A DNA stretch of 64,000 nt from positions 1,472,001 through 1,536,000 of the forward strand of contig OZ241993.1 in NCBI GenBank assembly GCA_965204575.1, given 5' to 3'. Under the pieces are notes generated by a model, which was not told the DNA's origin, ran no database searches, and saw only the letters and a program-made list of their open reading frames with translations. Each line of letters begins with the position of its first letter. Position 1 is the stretch's first letter. Both the position numbers and the translations under genes were made by a program. Source of the DNA: an uncultured candidatus Porisulfidus sp. GTDB taxonomy: Bacteria > Pseudomonadota > Gammaproteobacteria > Poriferisulfidales > Poriferisulfidaceae. This document shows positions 27,799-38,464 of this stretch, piece after piece.

Positions 27799-30072
27799 GT
27801 GAGCGGTGCATTCAGCGACGAATTCGAACGCGCGCTGTCGGAGATCTGGCAGCTCGCCCGAAACCGCGGGCACGGCTATGTGACCCTGGAGCATGTCGTC
27901 CTCGCGATCCTGAATGAACCGACCTCGCAGGGGCTCTTCCGCGAGCATGAGATCGCCCTGTCGGTCTTCCAGGACGAATTGCTCGAATTCATCGATCGCC
28001 ACACGCCCCGGACCAACAACACCTCGCAGAAGGTCGAGGAGACACGCAGCGTCAGCCGGGTGCAGGCACGCGCCCAGATGATTTTCGAGGCCCCCACCGG
28101 CGTGCATGTGCTGGAGATGCTTTTTGAAGAGCCGCAGTCGCACGCGGTGCAACTGCTTCGGAAACACGGGCTCGACCGCGATCAGGTCTCGCAATTCCGG
28201 GTCCGCATGGATCGCGTCCGGTTTAGCACGCAGGATACGGAAAGCCGGAAACCATCCCGGCGCGGCGGCGACCCGATAGAGGCTTTGGCGCGCAACAAGC
28301 TTGCCATAGAGCATTGTGCAACCGACCTGAACGAGCGTGTGCGAGAGGGGACGATTGACGCGCTGATCGGCAGGCAGGACGAGATGAACCAGATTGTCCG
28401 GACCCTGGGGCGGAGACGGAAGAATAACGTGGTGCTGGTTGGCGAGGCAGGGGTCGGCAAGACCGCGTTGGCCGAGGGGCTCGCCTGGCGGATCGTCCAG
28501 GGCGATGTCCCGAAGAGCCTGGCCTCGTCGACGGTGCTCTCCCTGAACGTGGGCAATCTCGTCGCCGGAACCCGGTTCCGTGGGGATTTCGAAGAACGCA
28601 TGAAGAACTTCCTGAACAACCTGAAGAAACGCCCCGATACGATCCTGTTCATCGACGAGATCCACATGTTGGTCGGGGCTGGCTCGGCTTCCGGCATGGC
28701 CATGGATGCCGCCGACCAACTCAAACCCCTGCTGACGACAGAGGGGTTCCGCTGTATCGGGGCCACCACTCACCGCGAATTCCGGCAGATCTTCGAACAG
28801 GACTCTGCCCTGGCCCGCCGGTTTCGCCGGATCGAGGTGCAGGAACCTTCTATCGCGGAAACCTACCAGATCCTGGCAGGCCTGAAGAAAAATTACGAGG
28901 AGCACCACCAGGTCACCTACAGCGAAGATGTCATCCGGGCGATTGTGGACTTGTCCGCCAAATACCTGCATGACCGGCAACTTCCGGACAAGGCCGTCGA
29001 TCTGATGGACGAGACCGGGTCCGGCTGTCGCTTGGAATTGGAGAACCCGGCACCCTATGCCGTACACGTGCATGATGTCGAACGCACGGTCGCAACGATG
29101 GCGCGAATCCCGGAACGCAGCGTCAACACTTCTTCGGCAAAGGCGTTGCTGGACTTGGACCGGAGACTGAAGGCCCTGGTCTTCGGACAGGACGAGGCCA
29201 TCGATCAGTTGGCTCAGGCAATCAAGATCTCGCGAGCCCGCCTGAAACCGGAGCAACGCCCAATGGGCGCCTTTTTGTTCAGCGGCCCGACCGGGGTCGG
29301 CAAGACGGAAGTCTGCCGCCAGATGGCGGAAGTGATGGGCGTGGAGTTACTGCGATTCGACATGTCGGAGTATATGGAGCGCCAATCGGTGGCACGCCTG
29401 ATCGGGGCTCCGCCAGGCTATGTCGGCTACGACGAAGGGGGGCTGCTGACCGAGTCGGTCATGCGGCACCCGTATGCGGTGCTGCTGCTGGACGAGGTGG
29501 AGAAGGCTCATCCGGACGTGATGAACGTGTTGCTGCAGGTCATGGACTACGGCAAGCTGACCGACAGCAATGGGCGGGCCGTGGATTTCCGAAACCTGCT
29601 GCTCATGATGACCTGCAATGTCGGAGCGGGGCAAGCCAGCCGCGCCGGCATGGGCTTCACCCCGCAGGATCACGGCAGCGATATTCAGCGGGAGATCGAG
29701 CGGGTTTTCGCCCCCGAGTTCCGGAATCGCCTGGATGCCACCGTCCAGTTCGCTCCGCTCGACGAGGAAAATATCCTGGCGGTGGTCGGCAAACTCTTGG
29801 GTGAACTCCAGGAATCCTTGCGCGAGCAGAATATCTGGCTGAAAGCGGACCTCCGGGCTCGCCGCTGGCTGGCCCGCGAAGGATTCGACCCCGTGATGGG
29901 AGCCCGCTGCATGCAGCGGGTCATACGGGATCAGATCCGGGTTCCGCTGGCAGACAAAATTCTGTGCGGATCCCTAAACGAGGGAGGGACGGTTCGCCTG
30001 ACGGCGAACAAGACAGGACTGCGGATGACTGTGGAATCGGCGGACGAAAGCTTGCCGGAAACCGTGCACTAG
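27799..30072 (+). CDS. clpA: ATP-dependent Clp protease ATPase subunit ClpA
   Basis: Two AAA domains (GEAGVGKT, GPTGVGKT), FIDEIH, RFDMSEY and GAPPGYVG; 757 aa with no ClpB middle domain; next to infA. Confidence 0.92.
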   Translation: MSGAFSDEFERALSEIWQLARNRGHGYVTLEHVVLAILNEPTSQGLFREHEIALSVFQDELLEFIDRHTPRTNNTSQKVEETRSVSRVQARAQMIFEAPTGVHVLEMLFEEPQSHAVQLLRKHGLDRDQVSQFRVRMDRVRFSTQDTESRKPSRRGGDPIEALARNKLAIEHCATDLNERVREGTIDALIGRQDEMNQIVRTLGRRRKNNVVLVGEAGVGKTALAEGLAWRIVQGDVPKSLASSTVLSLNVGNLVAGTRFRGDFEERMKNFLNNLKKRPDTILFIDEIHMLVGAGSASGMAMDAADQLKPLLTTEGFRCIGATTHREFRQIFEQDSALARRFRRIEVQEPSIAETYQILAGLKKNYEEHHQVTYSEDVIRAIVDLSAKYLHDRQLPDKAVDLMDETGSGCRLELENPAPYAVHVHDVERTVATMARIPERSVNTSSAKALLDLDRRLKALVFGQDEAIDQLAQAIKISRARLKPEQRPMGAFLFSGPTGVGKTEVCRQMAEVMGVELLRFDMSEYMERQSVARLIGAPPGYVGYDEGGLLTESVMRHPYAVLLLDEVEKAHPDVMNVLLQVMDYGKLTDSNGRAVDFRNLLLMMTCNVGAGQASRAGMGFTPQDHGSDIQREIERVFAPEFRNRLDATVQFAPLDEENILAVVGKLLGELQESLREQNIWLKADLRARRWLAREGFDPVMGARCMQRVIRDQIRVPLADKILCGSLNEGGTVRLTANKTGLRMTVESADESLPETVH

Positions 30073-30079
30073 CCGATAT

Positions 30080-30298
30080 TCATCGAGTGCGGTAAACGAT
30101 GCGGCCTTTGCTGAGATCGTACGGGGTCAGCGCGACGGTGACCTTGTCGCCGGTCAGGATCCGGATGTAATGTTTTCGCATCCGACCGGAAATGTGGGCC
30201 GTGACCACGTGCCCATTCGTCAATTCAACCCGGAACATAGTGTTGGGCAGGGTCTCAATGACGACCCCCTCCATCTCGATATGTTCTTCCTTCGGCAT
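30080..30298 (-). CDS. infA: Translation initiation factor IF-1
   Basis: [36 protein letters not shown]; 72 aa. Confidence 0.97.
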   Translation of the reverse strand: MPKEEHIEMEGVVIETLPNTMFRVELTNGHVVTAHISGRMRKHYIRILTGDKVTVALTPYDLSKGRIVYRTR

Positions 30299-30372
30299 GC
30301 TTTGTCGCTGGATTGTGGCGGGCTCATTATCAGTCATGTCGTATCGAAGCACAAGTTAGGAGAAAACACGCC

Positions 30373-31317
30373 ATGACGTTTGCCTGTGTATTCCCAGGGC
30401 AGGGCGCCCAGAAGGTTGGAATGATGGCCAGCCTTGCCGAGGCTCATCCCGAAATCGAAGAAACCTTTGCGGAAGCCTCCGAGGCACTGGACGAGGATTT
30501 ATGGGAACTCGTCAGCGAAGGACCGGCTGAACAACTGAATCAGACCCGAAATTCCCAGCCGGTGTTGCTGGCCGCGGAAATTTCAATCTGGAGAGTGTGG
30601 CGGCAGCATGGAGGCCCGTTGCCTGCTTATCTCGCAGGGCATAGCTTTGGAGAATACTCGGCCTTGGTCGCGGCCGGTGCGTTGGAATTCTCCAGCGCGG
30701 CACCACTGGTGCGTCTCCGAGGGGATTTGATGCAGCAGGCGGTGGAGACAGGGGTCGGCAGCATGGCCGCAGTGCTTGGGCTTGAGGATGGCGAGGTGCG
30801 CGACGTTTGCGCGCAGATATCGTCGCCAGACGCGGTCGTCGAGACCGCGAACTTCAACGCGCCCGGGCAGGTGGTGCTGTCCGGGCATCGCTCGGCCGTG
30901 GAGAGGGCGACAGAGGCTTGCCAGGAAGCCGGCGCACGCCGCGCCATGTTATTGGATGTCAGCGTGCCCGCCCACTCCAGCCTGATGCGCCCGGCAGTCG
31001 ATCACTACGCGGAAGCCCTTGAGGCAGTAGAATTCACGCGCCCGGAAATTTCAGTCGTCAACAATGTCGATGTCCATGTGGAAACTGCCCCGGAGCGAAT
31101 CCGGGACGCACTGAAGCGGCAACTTTACTCGCCGGTGCGCTGGACGGAAAGTATACTGTGGATGGCAGAGCACGGCGTGGACATACAGATTGAAATGGGA
31201 CCGGGGAAAATTTTGACAGGGCTGAGCAGACGCATCAGCAAATCGGTACGCGGCTTGTGTTTGGAATCCCCGGACAGCTTGGAGCAAGCGCTCGGGGAGA
31301 TTGGAAATGCAGGGTGA
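30373..31317 (+). CDS. fabD: Malonyl-CoA:ACP transacylase
   Basis: FPGQG, AGHSFGEY, ANFNAPGQVV and VSVPAHS. Confidence 0.95.
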   Translation: MTFACVFPGQGAQKVGMMASLAEAHPEIEETFAEASEALDEDLWELVSEGPAEQLNQTRNSQPVLLAAEISIWRVWRQHGGPLPAYLAGHSFGEYSALVAAGALEFSSAAPLVRLRGDLMQQAVETGVGSMAAVLGLEDGEVRDVCAQISSPDAVVETANFNAPGQVVLSGHRSAVERATEACQEAGARRAMLLDVSVPAHSSLMRPAVDHYAEALEAVEFTRPEISVVNNVDVHVETAPERIRDALKRQLYSPVRWTESILWMAEHGVDIQIEMGPGKILTGLSRRISKSVRGLCLESPDSLEQALGEIGNAG

Positions 31318-32044
31318 GAATGCTTTGGTCACCGGTGCCAGCCGGGGAATCGGCCGGGCCGTCGCGTTGGCACTAGCGAAAAACGGCGCCTACGTCACCG
31401 GCACCGCCACGGCGCAAGAGGGAGCGCAACAAGTCGGCGCTCTTTTGAGCGAGGCCGGATTGCAGGGCAATGGCGAAATCCTCCAGTCGCAGGACCCGGC
31501 CTCGATTGATGCGCTGCTCGCGCGCCTGGCGGAACAGGACCGCATGCCGACAATCCTGGTCAACAACGCCGGCATTGCCCGGGACAACATCCTGGTCCGC
31601 ATGAAGGACGAGGAATGGGATGATGTGCTCGCAACCAATCTCCGGGGAGTGTTTCAACTAACCCGCGGCTGTCTGCGCGGCATGCTCAAGGCTCGGCGCG
31701 GACGCATCATCAACCTATCCTCCGTGGTCGCCTTCATCGGCAACCCGGGACAGGCCAATTATGCCTCCACCAAGGCCGGATTGATCGGATTCACTCGGGC
31801 GCTGGCCCAGGAAGTCGGTGTGCGCGGCATCACGGTCAACTGCATTGCGCCCGGATTCATTGAGACGGACATGACCCGGACGCTCTCGGACGAGCAGCAG
31901 GACGGGCTGCGGCAGCGGATCCCGCTGCAGCGCCTGGGAACGGTTGATGACATCGCAGCTGCGGTGCTCTATCTGGCCGGGGAGGGGGGAGGATATATCA
32001 CGGGAGAAACCCTCCATGTCAACGGGGGCATGTTCATGGGCTGA
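31301..32044 (+). CDS. fabG: 3-oxoacyl-ACP reductase
   Basis: TGASRGIG, NNAGI, GQANYASTK and PGFIETDMT. Confidence 0.95.
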   Translation: MEMQGENALVTGASRGIGRAVALALAKNGAYVTGTATAQEGAQQVGALLSEAGLQGNGEILQSQDPASIDALLARLAEQDRMPTILVNNAGIARDNILVRMKDEEWDDVLATNLRGVFQLTRGCLRGMLKARRGRIINLSSVVAFIGNPGQANYASTKAGLIGFTRALAQEVGVRGITVNCIAPGFIETDMTRTLSDEQQDGLRQRIPLQRLGTVDDIAAAVLYLAGEGGGYITGETLHVNGGMFMG

Positions 32045-32100
32045 CCGTGGGGAAACCGCCATCTGCCGACCTGCCACCCCGGAATCCACGTTGCTGGTCT

Positions 32101-32171
32101 TGCTATAATTGGTACAGAATGTGGAATGAAAGCGTCATTGCTGCATCACCGCTTTCAATCTTCCACAATTC
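32101..32171 (+). promoter_or_regulatory. acpP promoter (extended -10) and 5' hairpin
   Basis: TGcTATAAT at 32101-32109; long imperfect hairpin 32117-32171. Confidence 0.6.
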
Positions 32172-32198
32172 ACTTATCAACTTGAGGAAATAATCATA

Positions 32199-32441
32199 AT
32201 GAGCGACAACATCGAAGAACGTGTCATGAAAGTCGTTTCGGAGCAACTGGGTGTTGACCCGGGCAAAGTCTCACTATCCTCGGCGTTCGTTGCTGATCTG
32301 GACGCTGACTCCTTGGACACGGTGGAGTTGGTCATGGCCTTGGAAGAGGAATTCGACTTAACGATCCCCGACGAGATGGCCGAGAAGATCACAACCGTCC
32401 AGCAGGCGGTGGATTTCATCAAGGACGGTTCCAGCGAATAA
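32199..32441 (+). CDS. acpP: Acyl carrier protein
   Basis: [20 protein letters not shown]. Confidence 0.97.
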   Translation: MSDNIEERVMKVVSEQLGVDPGKVSLSSAFVADLDADSLDTVELVMALEEEFDLTIPDEMAEKITTVQQAVDFIKDGSSE

Positions 32442-32560
32442 GCCCTCTCCCCCTAGATACCAATCAGCCTGGGAATTGCCCGAGGAAAGAATTTCTGGTG
32501 GATTCCACGATCATCAGTGCTCGGTAATCCCGTTTCCCATGACCCGATCCGGACCCCAAC

Positions 32561-33802
32561 ATGTCTCGGCGTAGAGTCGTAGTCACTGGTCTCGGAGTAG
32601 TTTCGCCGATCGGCTCGACAGTCTCCAAAGCCTGGGAAAACCTGACGGCCGGATGCAGCGGAATCCGTCCCATCACGCGTTTCGATTCAACCGATTTTTC
32701 CGTGCGCATCTGCGGTTCGGTCGTCGACTTCAATGCCGACGACTACATTTCCCCCAAGGAGCAGAGGAAAATGGATGTCTTCATCCATTACGGCATCGCG
32801 GCCGCGGCCGATGCGATTCGGGATTCGGGATTGGACGTAACCGACGAGAACGCGTCGGGCATCGGGGTGGCCATCGGCTCCGGGATCGGGGGCTTGCCGT
32901 GCATCGAAAACAACCACGGCTTCTACGAAGATTCCGGACCACGCAAAATTTCTCCGTTCTTCGTGCCCAGCAGCATCATCAACATGGTTTCAGGCGACCT
33001 GTCTGTCATGTTCAATCTCAAAGGCCCCAACATCGCGGTTGTCTCCGCCTGTGCCACAGGCACGCATAACATCGGACTGGCGGCGCGGTCGATCGCTCAC
33101 GGTGATGCCGAGGTGATGGTGGCGGGAGGAGCCGAGATGGCAACCAGCCCACTTGGAGTCGGCGGTTTCGCTTCGGCCCGGGCCTTGTGCTCCTCGCATA
33201 ACGACGATCCGGAAACCGCCTCACGTCCCTGGGACGCCGATCGCGACGGGTTTGTCCTGGGAGAAGGGGCCGGTGTGGTAGTGCTTGAGGAATACGAATT
33301 TGCGAAAGCCCGGGGAGCCCGGATTTATGGCGAGGTCGTGGGGTTTGGAATGAACGGGGACGCCCATCACATGACTCAGCCGAGCCCGGGGGGGGAGGGG
33401 GCGGCTCGCTGTATGCAGCGGACATTGGATGATGCCGAGATTGATCCGGAAACAGTGGATTACATCAATGCGCACGGCACTTCGACACCAGCCGGCGACA
33501 AGGCGGAAACCGACGCCATCAAGGCTGTATTCGGGGGTCACGCTAAGAAGGTCGCGATCAGTTCCAACAAATCCATGATCGGGCACCTGCTCGGTGCCGC
33601 CGGAGGCGTGGAAGCCGTATTCAGCCTATTGACCCTATACCATCAAGTCATTCCCCCGACCATCAACTATCAGACTCCGGATCCCGATTGTGATCTCGAC
33701 TACGTTCCCAATACGGCTCGCGAAGCGTCGGTGGAGGTGGTCCTCTCCAACTCATTCGGCTTCGGCGGGACCAATGGCAGCTTGGTCTTCAAGCGCGTTT
33801 GA
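32561..33802 (+). CDS. fabF: Beta-ketoacyl-ACP synthase II
   Basis: [34 protein letters not shown] and SNSFGFGG. Confidence 0.96.
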   Translation: MSRRRVVVTGLGVVSPIGSTVSKAWENLTAGCSGIRPITRFDSTDFSVRICGSVVDFNADDYISPKEQRKMDVFIHYGIAAAADAIRDSGLDVTDENASGIGVAIGSGIGGLPCIENNHGFYEDSGPRKISPFFVPSSIINMVSGDLSVMFNLKGPNIAVVSACATGTHNIGLAARSIAHGDAEVMVAGGAEMATSPLGVGGFASARALCSSHNDDPETASRPWDADRDGFVLGEGAGVVVLEEYEFAKARGARIYGEVVGFGMNGDAHHMTQPSPGGEGAARCMQRTLDDAEIDPETVDYINAHGTSTPAGDKAETDAIKAVFGGHAKKVAISSNKSMIGHLLGAAGGVEAVFSLLTLYHQVIPPTINYQTPDPDCDLDYVPNTAREASVEVVLSNSFGFGGTNGSLVFKRV

Positions 33803-33833
33803 GCGGGGCAGGGCTCCGAGCTAAATCTCCCTC

Positions 33834-34643
33834 ATGATTCTGGTCGACGGCGTCGCACGATCTCAGGTCGACGCAACAGACCGGGGTCTGCATTACGGAG
33901 ACGGACTGTTTGAAACCCTGGCCGTTTTCGAAGGGAAGATTCGTTGCTGGGCAGATCACTGGCGGCGACTCAGTGAAGGGTGCCAACAGCTGGGTCTACA
34001 TTGTCCGGAACAGGCTTTGCTTGAACGTGAGGTTTTCGAACTGAGCGAAGGCGCCCCTCGAAAAGTCGTCAAAATCCTGTTGACCCGCGGTTCCGGGCCG
34101 CGCGGGTACCGAATTCCAAAAAAGAGCGTCACCCGCAGGATTCTCACCGCGAACGACTGGCCGGACTATCCCCCGCAACACGCGCGGGAAGGCGTCCGCG
34201 TCCGGTTGTGTCAAACCCGACTGGGGCATAATCCCGCGCTGGCGGGCCTCAAGCATTGCAATCGACTGGAGCAAGTGCTGGCTCGGCAGGAGTGGGAGGA
34301 TGAAGCGGAAGAAGGCCTAATGCTGGATGTGGACGGGAATGTCATCGAGGGCACCATGAGCAATGTATTTCTGGTGTCCAATAATTCGCTGATGACTCCC
34401 GACGTGAGTCACTGCGGTGTAGCCGGCGTCACTCGGCAGCGGATCATCGACTGCTCCCCTGAACTAGGCATCCCGGTGGAAGTGGCCAGGGTTACGCTGA
34501 ACCAACTGCACGACGCGCAAGCCTGGTTCTTGTGCAATACGCTGGTCGGCTTATGGCCGGTCCGCTCCTTCGACGGCCGCAACTACCCACTTTCCGATCT
34601 GCTGCCAACTTTACGCATGATCGACGGACTGGAACTCTCATGA
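33834..34643 (+). CDS. pabC: Aminodeoxychorismate lyase
   Basis: DRGLHYGDGLFET, LAGLKHCNRLEQVL and IEGTMSNVF. Confidence 0.92.
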   Translation: MILVDGVARSQVDATDRGLHYGDGLFETLAVFEGKIRCWADHWRRLSEGCQQLGLHCPEQALLEREVFELSEGAPRKVVKILLTRGSGPRGYRIPKKSVTRRILTANDWPDYPPQHAREGVRVRLCQTRLGHNPALAGLKHCNRLEQVLARQEWEDEAEEGLMLDVDGNVIEGTMSNVFLVSNNSLMTPDVSHCGVAGVTRQRIIDCSPELGIPVEVARVTLNQLHDAQAWFLCNTLVGLWPVRSFDGRNYPLSDLLPTLRMIDGLELS

Positions 34644-35638
34644 AGTCTCGATACCTGCGCCTCGCTGCCATGCTGATATTTGTTTCCGTCATGGCATTGA
34701 GCGTACATGTTTGGAGTGTCTTGAGCCGAAACGCCATTCCCGCAGACCATGTCGTGGCCATCACGATTGAAAAAGGTGACAGTTTCAAACAGATTACCGA
34801 CAAGTTGCTCGAGCACAAAGCCGTTGCTGGACATCTGTACGCTTGGATTGCAGCAAAATATTTGGCAGCCGAAACACGGATTAAGGCCGGGGAATATGTC
34901 TTGGTCGGGCCGATGGCGACACTGAGAGTTTTCAAGGAATTGATTGACGGCGGCGGTGTCCTGCACGGACAAACTTTTTTCGAAGGCTGGACGATGCGCG
35001 AGATACTGGAAGCATTGAGAAAGAACCCGACAGTGAAAAAGACACCCGCTCCCTTGTTGAGATTCGGGTATTCCACTGCAGACGAAGCAGAAGGAGCGTG
35101 TCTTCCAGACACTTACAAGCATTATCGAGGTGATCCGGATTACAAGATTCTAGGGCTGTGCATCATGGCCATGCGCGAGACATTGGAAGAACTTTGGGCT
35201 ACGCGTGCCTCAGGGCTGCCGTACGACGAACCAAGGGACGCCTTGATTCTGGCGTCCATTGTCGAAGCAGAGACCACTCTGGATGAGGAACGCCCCGAAG
35301 TCGCCGGCGTCTTGATCTCTCGCCTTCGCAAGAATATGCGCCTCCAAACCGACCCGACGGTTATCTACGGCCTCGGCTCTGATTTCGACAACAATTTGAC
35401 TCGGAAGCACCTGCGAGCGGACCCCGAAATCAATCCATACAATACCTACCGAATCCATGGGCTCCCCCCCGGACCCATCTGCAATCCAGGCCGGCGTTCT
35501 CTGGAGGCTGCGCTCCAGCCGGACTTGGAAACCGAAAACCTGTACTATGTTGCAGTCGGGGATGGAAGCCATTATTTCTCGGAGACCTACGAGGAGCACA
35601 TGGAAGCCGTTCGAAAATATCAACTAGGCGGGAAGTAA
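34640..35638 (+). CDS. mltG: Endolytic transglycosylase
   Basis: LILASIVEAET, MRLQTDPTVIYG and YNTYRIHGLPPGPICNPG. Confidence 0.92.
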   Translation: MKSRYLRLAAMLIFVSVMALSVHVWSVLSRNAIPADHVVAITIEKGDSFKQITDKLLEHKAVAGHLYAWIAAKYLAAETRIKAGEYVLVGPMATLRVFKELIDGGGVLHGQTFFEGWTMREILEALRKNPTVKKTPAPLLRFGYSTADEAEGACLPDTYKHYRGDPDYKILGLCIMAMRETLEELWATRASGLPYDEPRDALILASIVEAETTLDEERPEVAGVLISRLRKNMRLQTDPTVIYGLGSDFDNNLTRKHLRADPEINPYNTYRIHGLPPGPICNPGRRSLEAALQPDLETENLYYVAVGDGSHYFSETYEEHMEAVRKYQLGGK

Positions 35639-36264
35639 TGCCGCAGAAAAGCATGTTTATCAGCCTTGAAGGCATTGAAGGAGCCGGGAAATCGACTCAC
35701 ATGCCAGCCCTTGTGGACCTGCTCGAGTCCCATAAGATTCCCTGTCTCGCAACGCGGGAACCCGGAGGGACGGAATTCGGAGAACACGTGCGGGAGATCC
35801 TGTTGTCTAAGACCCAGGCCCCTGAAAGCGTAGAAGCGGAATTACTTCTGATTTTCGCGGCACGGGCGGAACACGTTCACACTCGCATCAAACCGGCCCT
35901 GGAAGCCGGTTCGTGGGTACTGACAGACCGCTTTCTCGATGCCAGTTTCGCCTACCAGGGAGCAGGGCAGGGGCTTGGCGTCGACCGGGTCGGACAGTTG
36001 GCGCAATGGCTTCTCCCGGACCTGCGCCCAGATCTGGTTATTGTTCTGGACACATCAGTAGAAACTGCATTGGAGCGTGTCCAGAGACGTGGGCAAAAAA
36101 AAGATCGCTATGAAGAAAACGATCTGGAATTTTTCACCCGGGCGCGCCAATACTATCTGGACCAAGCACTCTCTCAACCTGACCGCTACCGGGTAGTCGA
36201 CGCGGAACGCCCGGTCGACGAAGTCCACGCGGAACTTCTTGAGATTCTGCGTGGCCTGATCTGA
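35638..36264 (+). CDS. tmk: Thymidylate kinase
   Basis: EGIEGAGKST, TREPGGT and DRFLDASFAYQG. Confidence 0.95.
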   Translation: MPQKSMFISLEGIEGAGKSTHMPALVDLLESHKIPCLATREPGGTEFGEHVREILLSKTQAPESVEAELLLIFAARAEHVHTRIKPALEAGSWVLTDRFLDASFAYQGAGQGLGVDRVGQLAQWLLPDLRPDLVIVLDTSVETALERVQRRGQKKDRYEENDLEFFTRARQYYLDQALSQPDRYRVVDAERPVDEVHAELLEILRGLI

Positions 36265-37286
36265 TGATCGAGAAACAGATACCCGTCTGGCTGGAACCGA
36301 TCTGGAAACAGTGGAGGATAGCCTACCGGGAAGGTCGGCTGCCACATGCGGTACTGGTTACCGGACCGTCCGGAATCGGCAAGCGCTGGCTGGTTGAAAC
36401 GTTCATCCGAGGCATTCAATGCCGTGCGCCAACCGAGCAGGGATTGCCTTGCGAACAGTGTCCTTCATGCAAGCAATACGTGTCCTACCGCCACCTCGAA
36501 AAGAAATCCCATCCTGACATCGACTGGTTGACCATCGGGCGCTACTCCATCGGAATCGGAGATATCCGAGATCAAATCATCCAGAGGTTGACCCTGAAAG
36601 CCAACTACGGGCACATGAGGCTTTTGGTGATCGAGCCAGCAGAACGAATGACACGGGCAGCCTCCAATGCGCTGCTGAAGAGCCTCGAAGAACCCCCTCC
36701 CGACACGATGCTTTTTTTAATCAGCCATCAACCAGGGCGCCTGCTGGCAACAATCCGTAGCCGATGTCAGAGATATGCCTTGCCGGAGCCGGACGCGGAG
36801 CAGAGTCAAGCGTGGCTATCCGAATCCATGGCCCCCGAACAAGCCAAAAGTGCTCTACAGGCCGGGGGCGGCATGCCGATGCGAGCCCTGCAAATGCAAC
36901 GGGACGATCAAGTAGATTTCCGAAACGAATTCGAACAGGGCTTGACCGATGTCTTGGAAGGCAAACAGTCGGAGACAGCCTTTGCCAGCGCATGGAATGT
37001 GACTCCCGCCCAGGGGAAGGCACGCGGAAAGAAGGCGGGTAGTGAAGAAGCTCAAGAGGACATTTCTATGGATCTGCGCCTAGTCTGGGTAATAGACCGG
37101 GCCGTGGAAGACGTTCGAAGCAAGGTGGCCGAGAAAGACTCTGTTTTGAATATTCGAGCGGCTCTCCAAGCCTACCGGGAATTGCTGAACATCCGGGCGC
37201 GAGAAGCGACTATCCCGGCACCCCAGTTAAACCTGGAAGCGGCCTGCCTAGCACTCACGGGCGGCGCCCAGCCCTCGGCGGACTAG
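36264..37286 (+). CDS. holB: DNA polymerase III delta' subunit
   Basis: LPHAVLVTGPSGIGK, Zn-module CEQCPSC, HPD, NALLKSLEEPP and TIRSRCQ. Confidence 0.9.
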   Translation: MIEKQIPVWLEPIWKQWRIAYREGRLPHAVLVTGPSGIGKRWLVETFIRGIQCRAPTEQGLPCEQCPSCKQYVSYRHLEKKSHPDIDWLTIGRYSIGIGDIRDQIIQRLTLKANYGHMRLLVIEPAERMTRAASNALLKSLEEPPPDTMLFLISHQPGRLLATIRSRCQRYALPEPDAEQSQAWLSESMAPEQAKSALQAGGGMPMRALQMQRDDQVDFRNEFEQGLTDVLEGKQSETAFASAWNVTPAQGKARGKKAGSEEAQEDISMDLRLVWVIDRAVEDVRSKVAEKDSVLNIRAALQAYRELLNIRAREATIPAPQLNLEAACLALTGGAQPSAD

Positions 37287-38422
37287 GGATCGCTGTCGAG
37301 GATTTCCTGCAGGGTCTCGAGCGCAAGCTGCAAAGCGTTTGCCGGCGTATAAAAGTGAGGAGAGAAACGGATTCCACCTCCGCGTGCGGCGCAGAGAACC
37401 CCGCGTTCCAGTAACCGCTTATACACCTCTTCGCTCTCCCGGCGAGGAGGCGCAAAGGTCAGGATCCCCGCTCGCCGGTTCGGTCCCGAAGGTGTCAGTA
37501 TTCGGCACTCCAAGGCTCGGAGGGATTGATCGAGTTGCTGGATTCTGTCCGCGATACGCTCCTCAATCTCGATCATGCCGACCTCGTGCAGCAGGTTCAG
37601 GCTGGCACGCAGCGCATAGATGCCCAGCGTGTTCAGGCTCCCGCATTCAAACCGTCTGGCATCAGGAGCAATTTCCCAAACGGTTTCCTCGTAATGGCCG
37701 GCTCGGGCAACCATGTGCCAGCCGTACTGAGACAGACCGAGCCGCTCGTACAGCTCGGGACGCACCCAGAACAGTGCGATACCTTCCGGCCCCAACATCC
37801 ACTTGTGGGCGTCGGCCGCCAGGAAGTCGATCTTGCTTTCACGCACACTCAGTGAATGCGCGCCCAGGCTCTGGATCGCATCCACGCAAAACAGGGTAGG
37901 GGTGCCGTGCAAGGCATGCCCCAGTAGGGAAAGGTCCATCTTGAGCCCGGAAGCATAGTGCACTGAACTAGTCGTCAAGAGACGGGTACGAGAATCGACT
38001 TGTTCAAGGAGTGCTTGTTCGGGGGTGTCTGTGGCATTAACATCCACCCAGCGGATCTCAACCGAATGCTGTGTGGCCATGGCTTCCCAAGGAATCCGGT
38101 TCGAGGGAAATTCTTCCCGTGCCAGCACGACATTGTCGCCGGCCTTCCAGTCCAACCCGAATGCCACAGCAGAAATTCCCTCAGAAGTGTTCTTCAAGAA
38201 GGCAATCTCGTCTTTCGATTCTGCATCTAGGAGCCAACGGCCAAGTTCCCGCAATTCCCGTTCTTCCTGCAACCACATGTCATAACGGCGGGAGCTCCAG
38301 CTCGCATTCTCATAAGCGAACTGGGTTACAGCCTTGACAGTTGCTCTTGGCCAAGGTGAAATTCCCGCATGGTTCAGGTGAACCAGGCTTGGATTTAATT
38401 CAAATAATTCGCTATAAGACAT
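37283..38422 (-). CDS. Class V PLP-dependent aminotransferase / cysteine-desulfurase-like protein
   Basis: HLNHAG, KNTSEG, VDAIQSLG, DAHKWMLGPEG and IRFSPHFY. Confidence 0.85.
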   Translation of the reverse strand: MSYSELFELNPSLVHLNHAGISPWPRATVKAVTQFAYENASWSSRRYDMWLQEERELRELGRWLLDAESKDEIAFLKNTSEGISAVAFGLDWKAGDNVVLAREEFPSNRIPWEAMATQHSVEIRWVDVNATDTPEQALLEQVDSRTRLLTTSSVHYASGLKMDLSLLGHALHGTPTLFCVDAIQSLGAHSLSVRESKIDFLAADAHKWMLGPEGIALFWVRPELYERLGLSQYGWHMVARAGHYEETVWEIAPDARRFECGSLNTLGIYALRASLNLLHEVGMIEIEERIADRIQQLDQSLRALECRILTPSGPNRRAGILTFAPPRRESEEVYKRLLERGVLCAARGGGIRFSPHFYTPANALQLALETLQEILDSDP

Positions 38423-38464
38423 GGATAATTCTGTTATAATTCAACATTCTGTCAGATTTTCATT

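Noticed and set aside
26177-29256. Long antisense ORFs (26177-27682 +, 501 aa; 27625-29256 -, 543 aa)
   Set aside because: Shadows of mnmA/nudJ and clpA from GC-rich codon usage; no recognisable motifs or RBS
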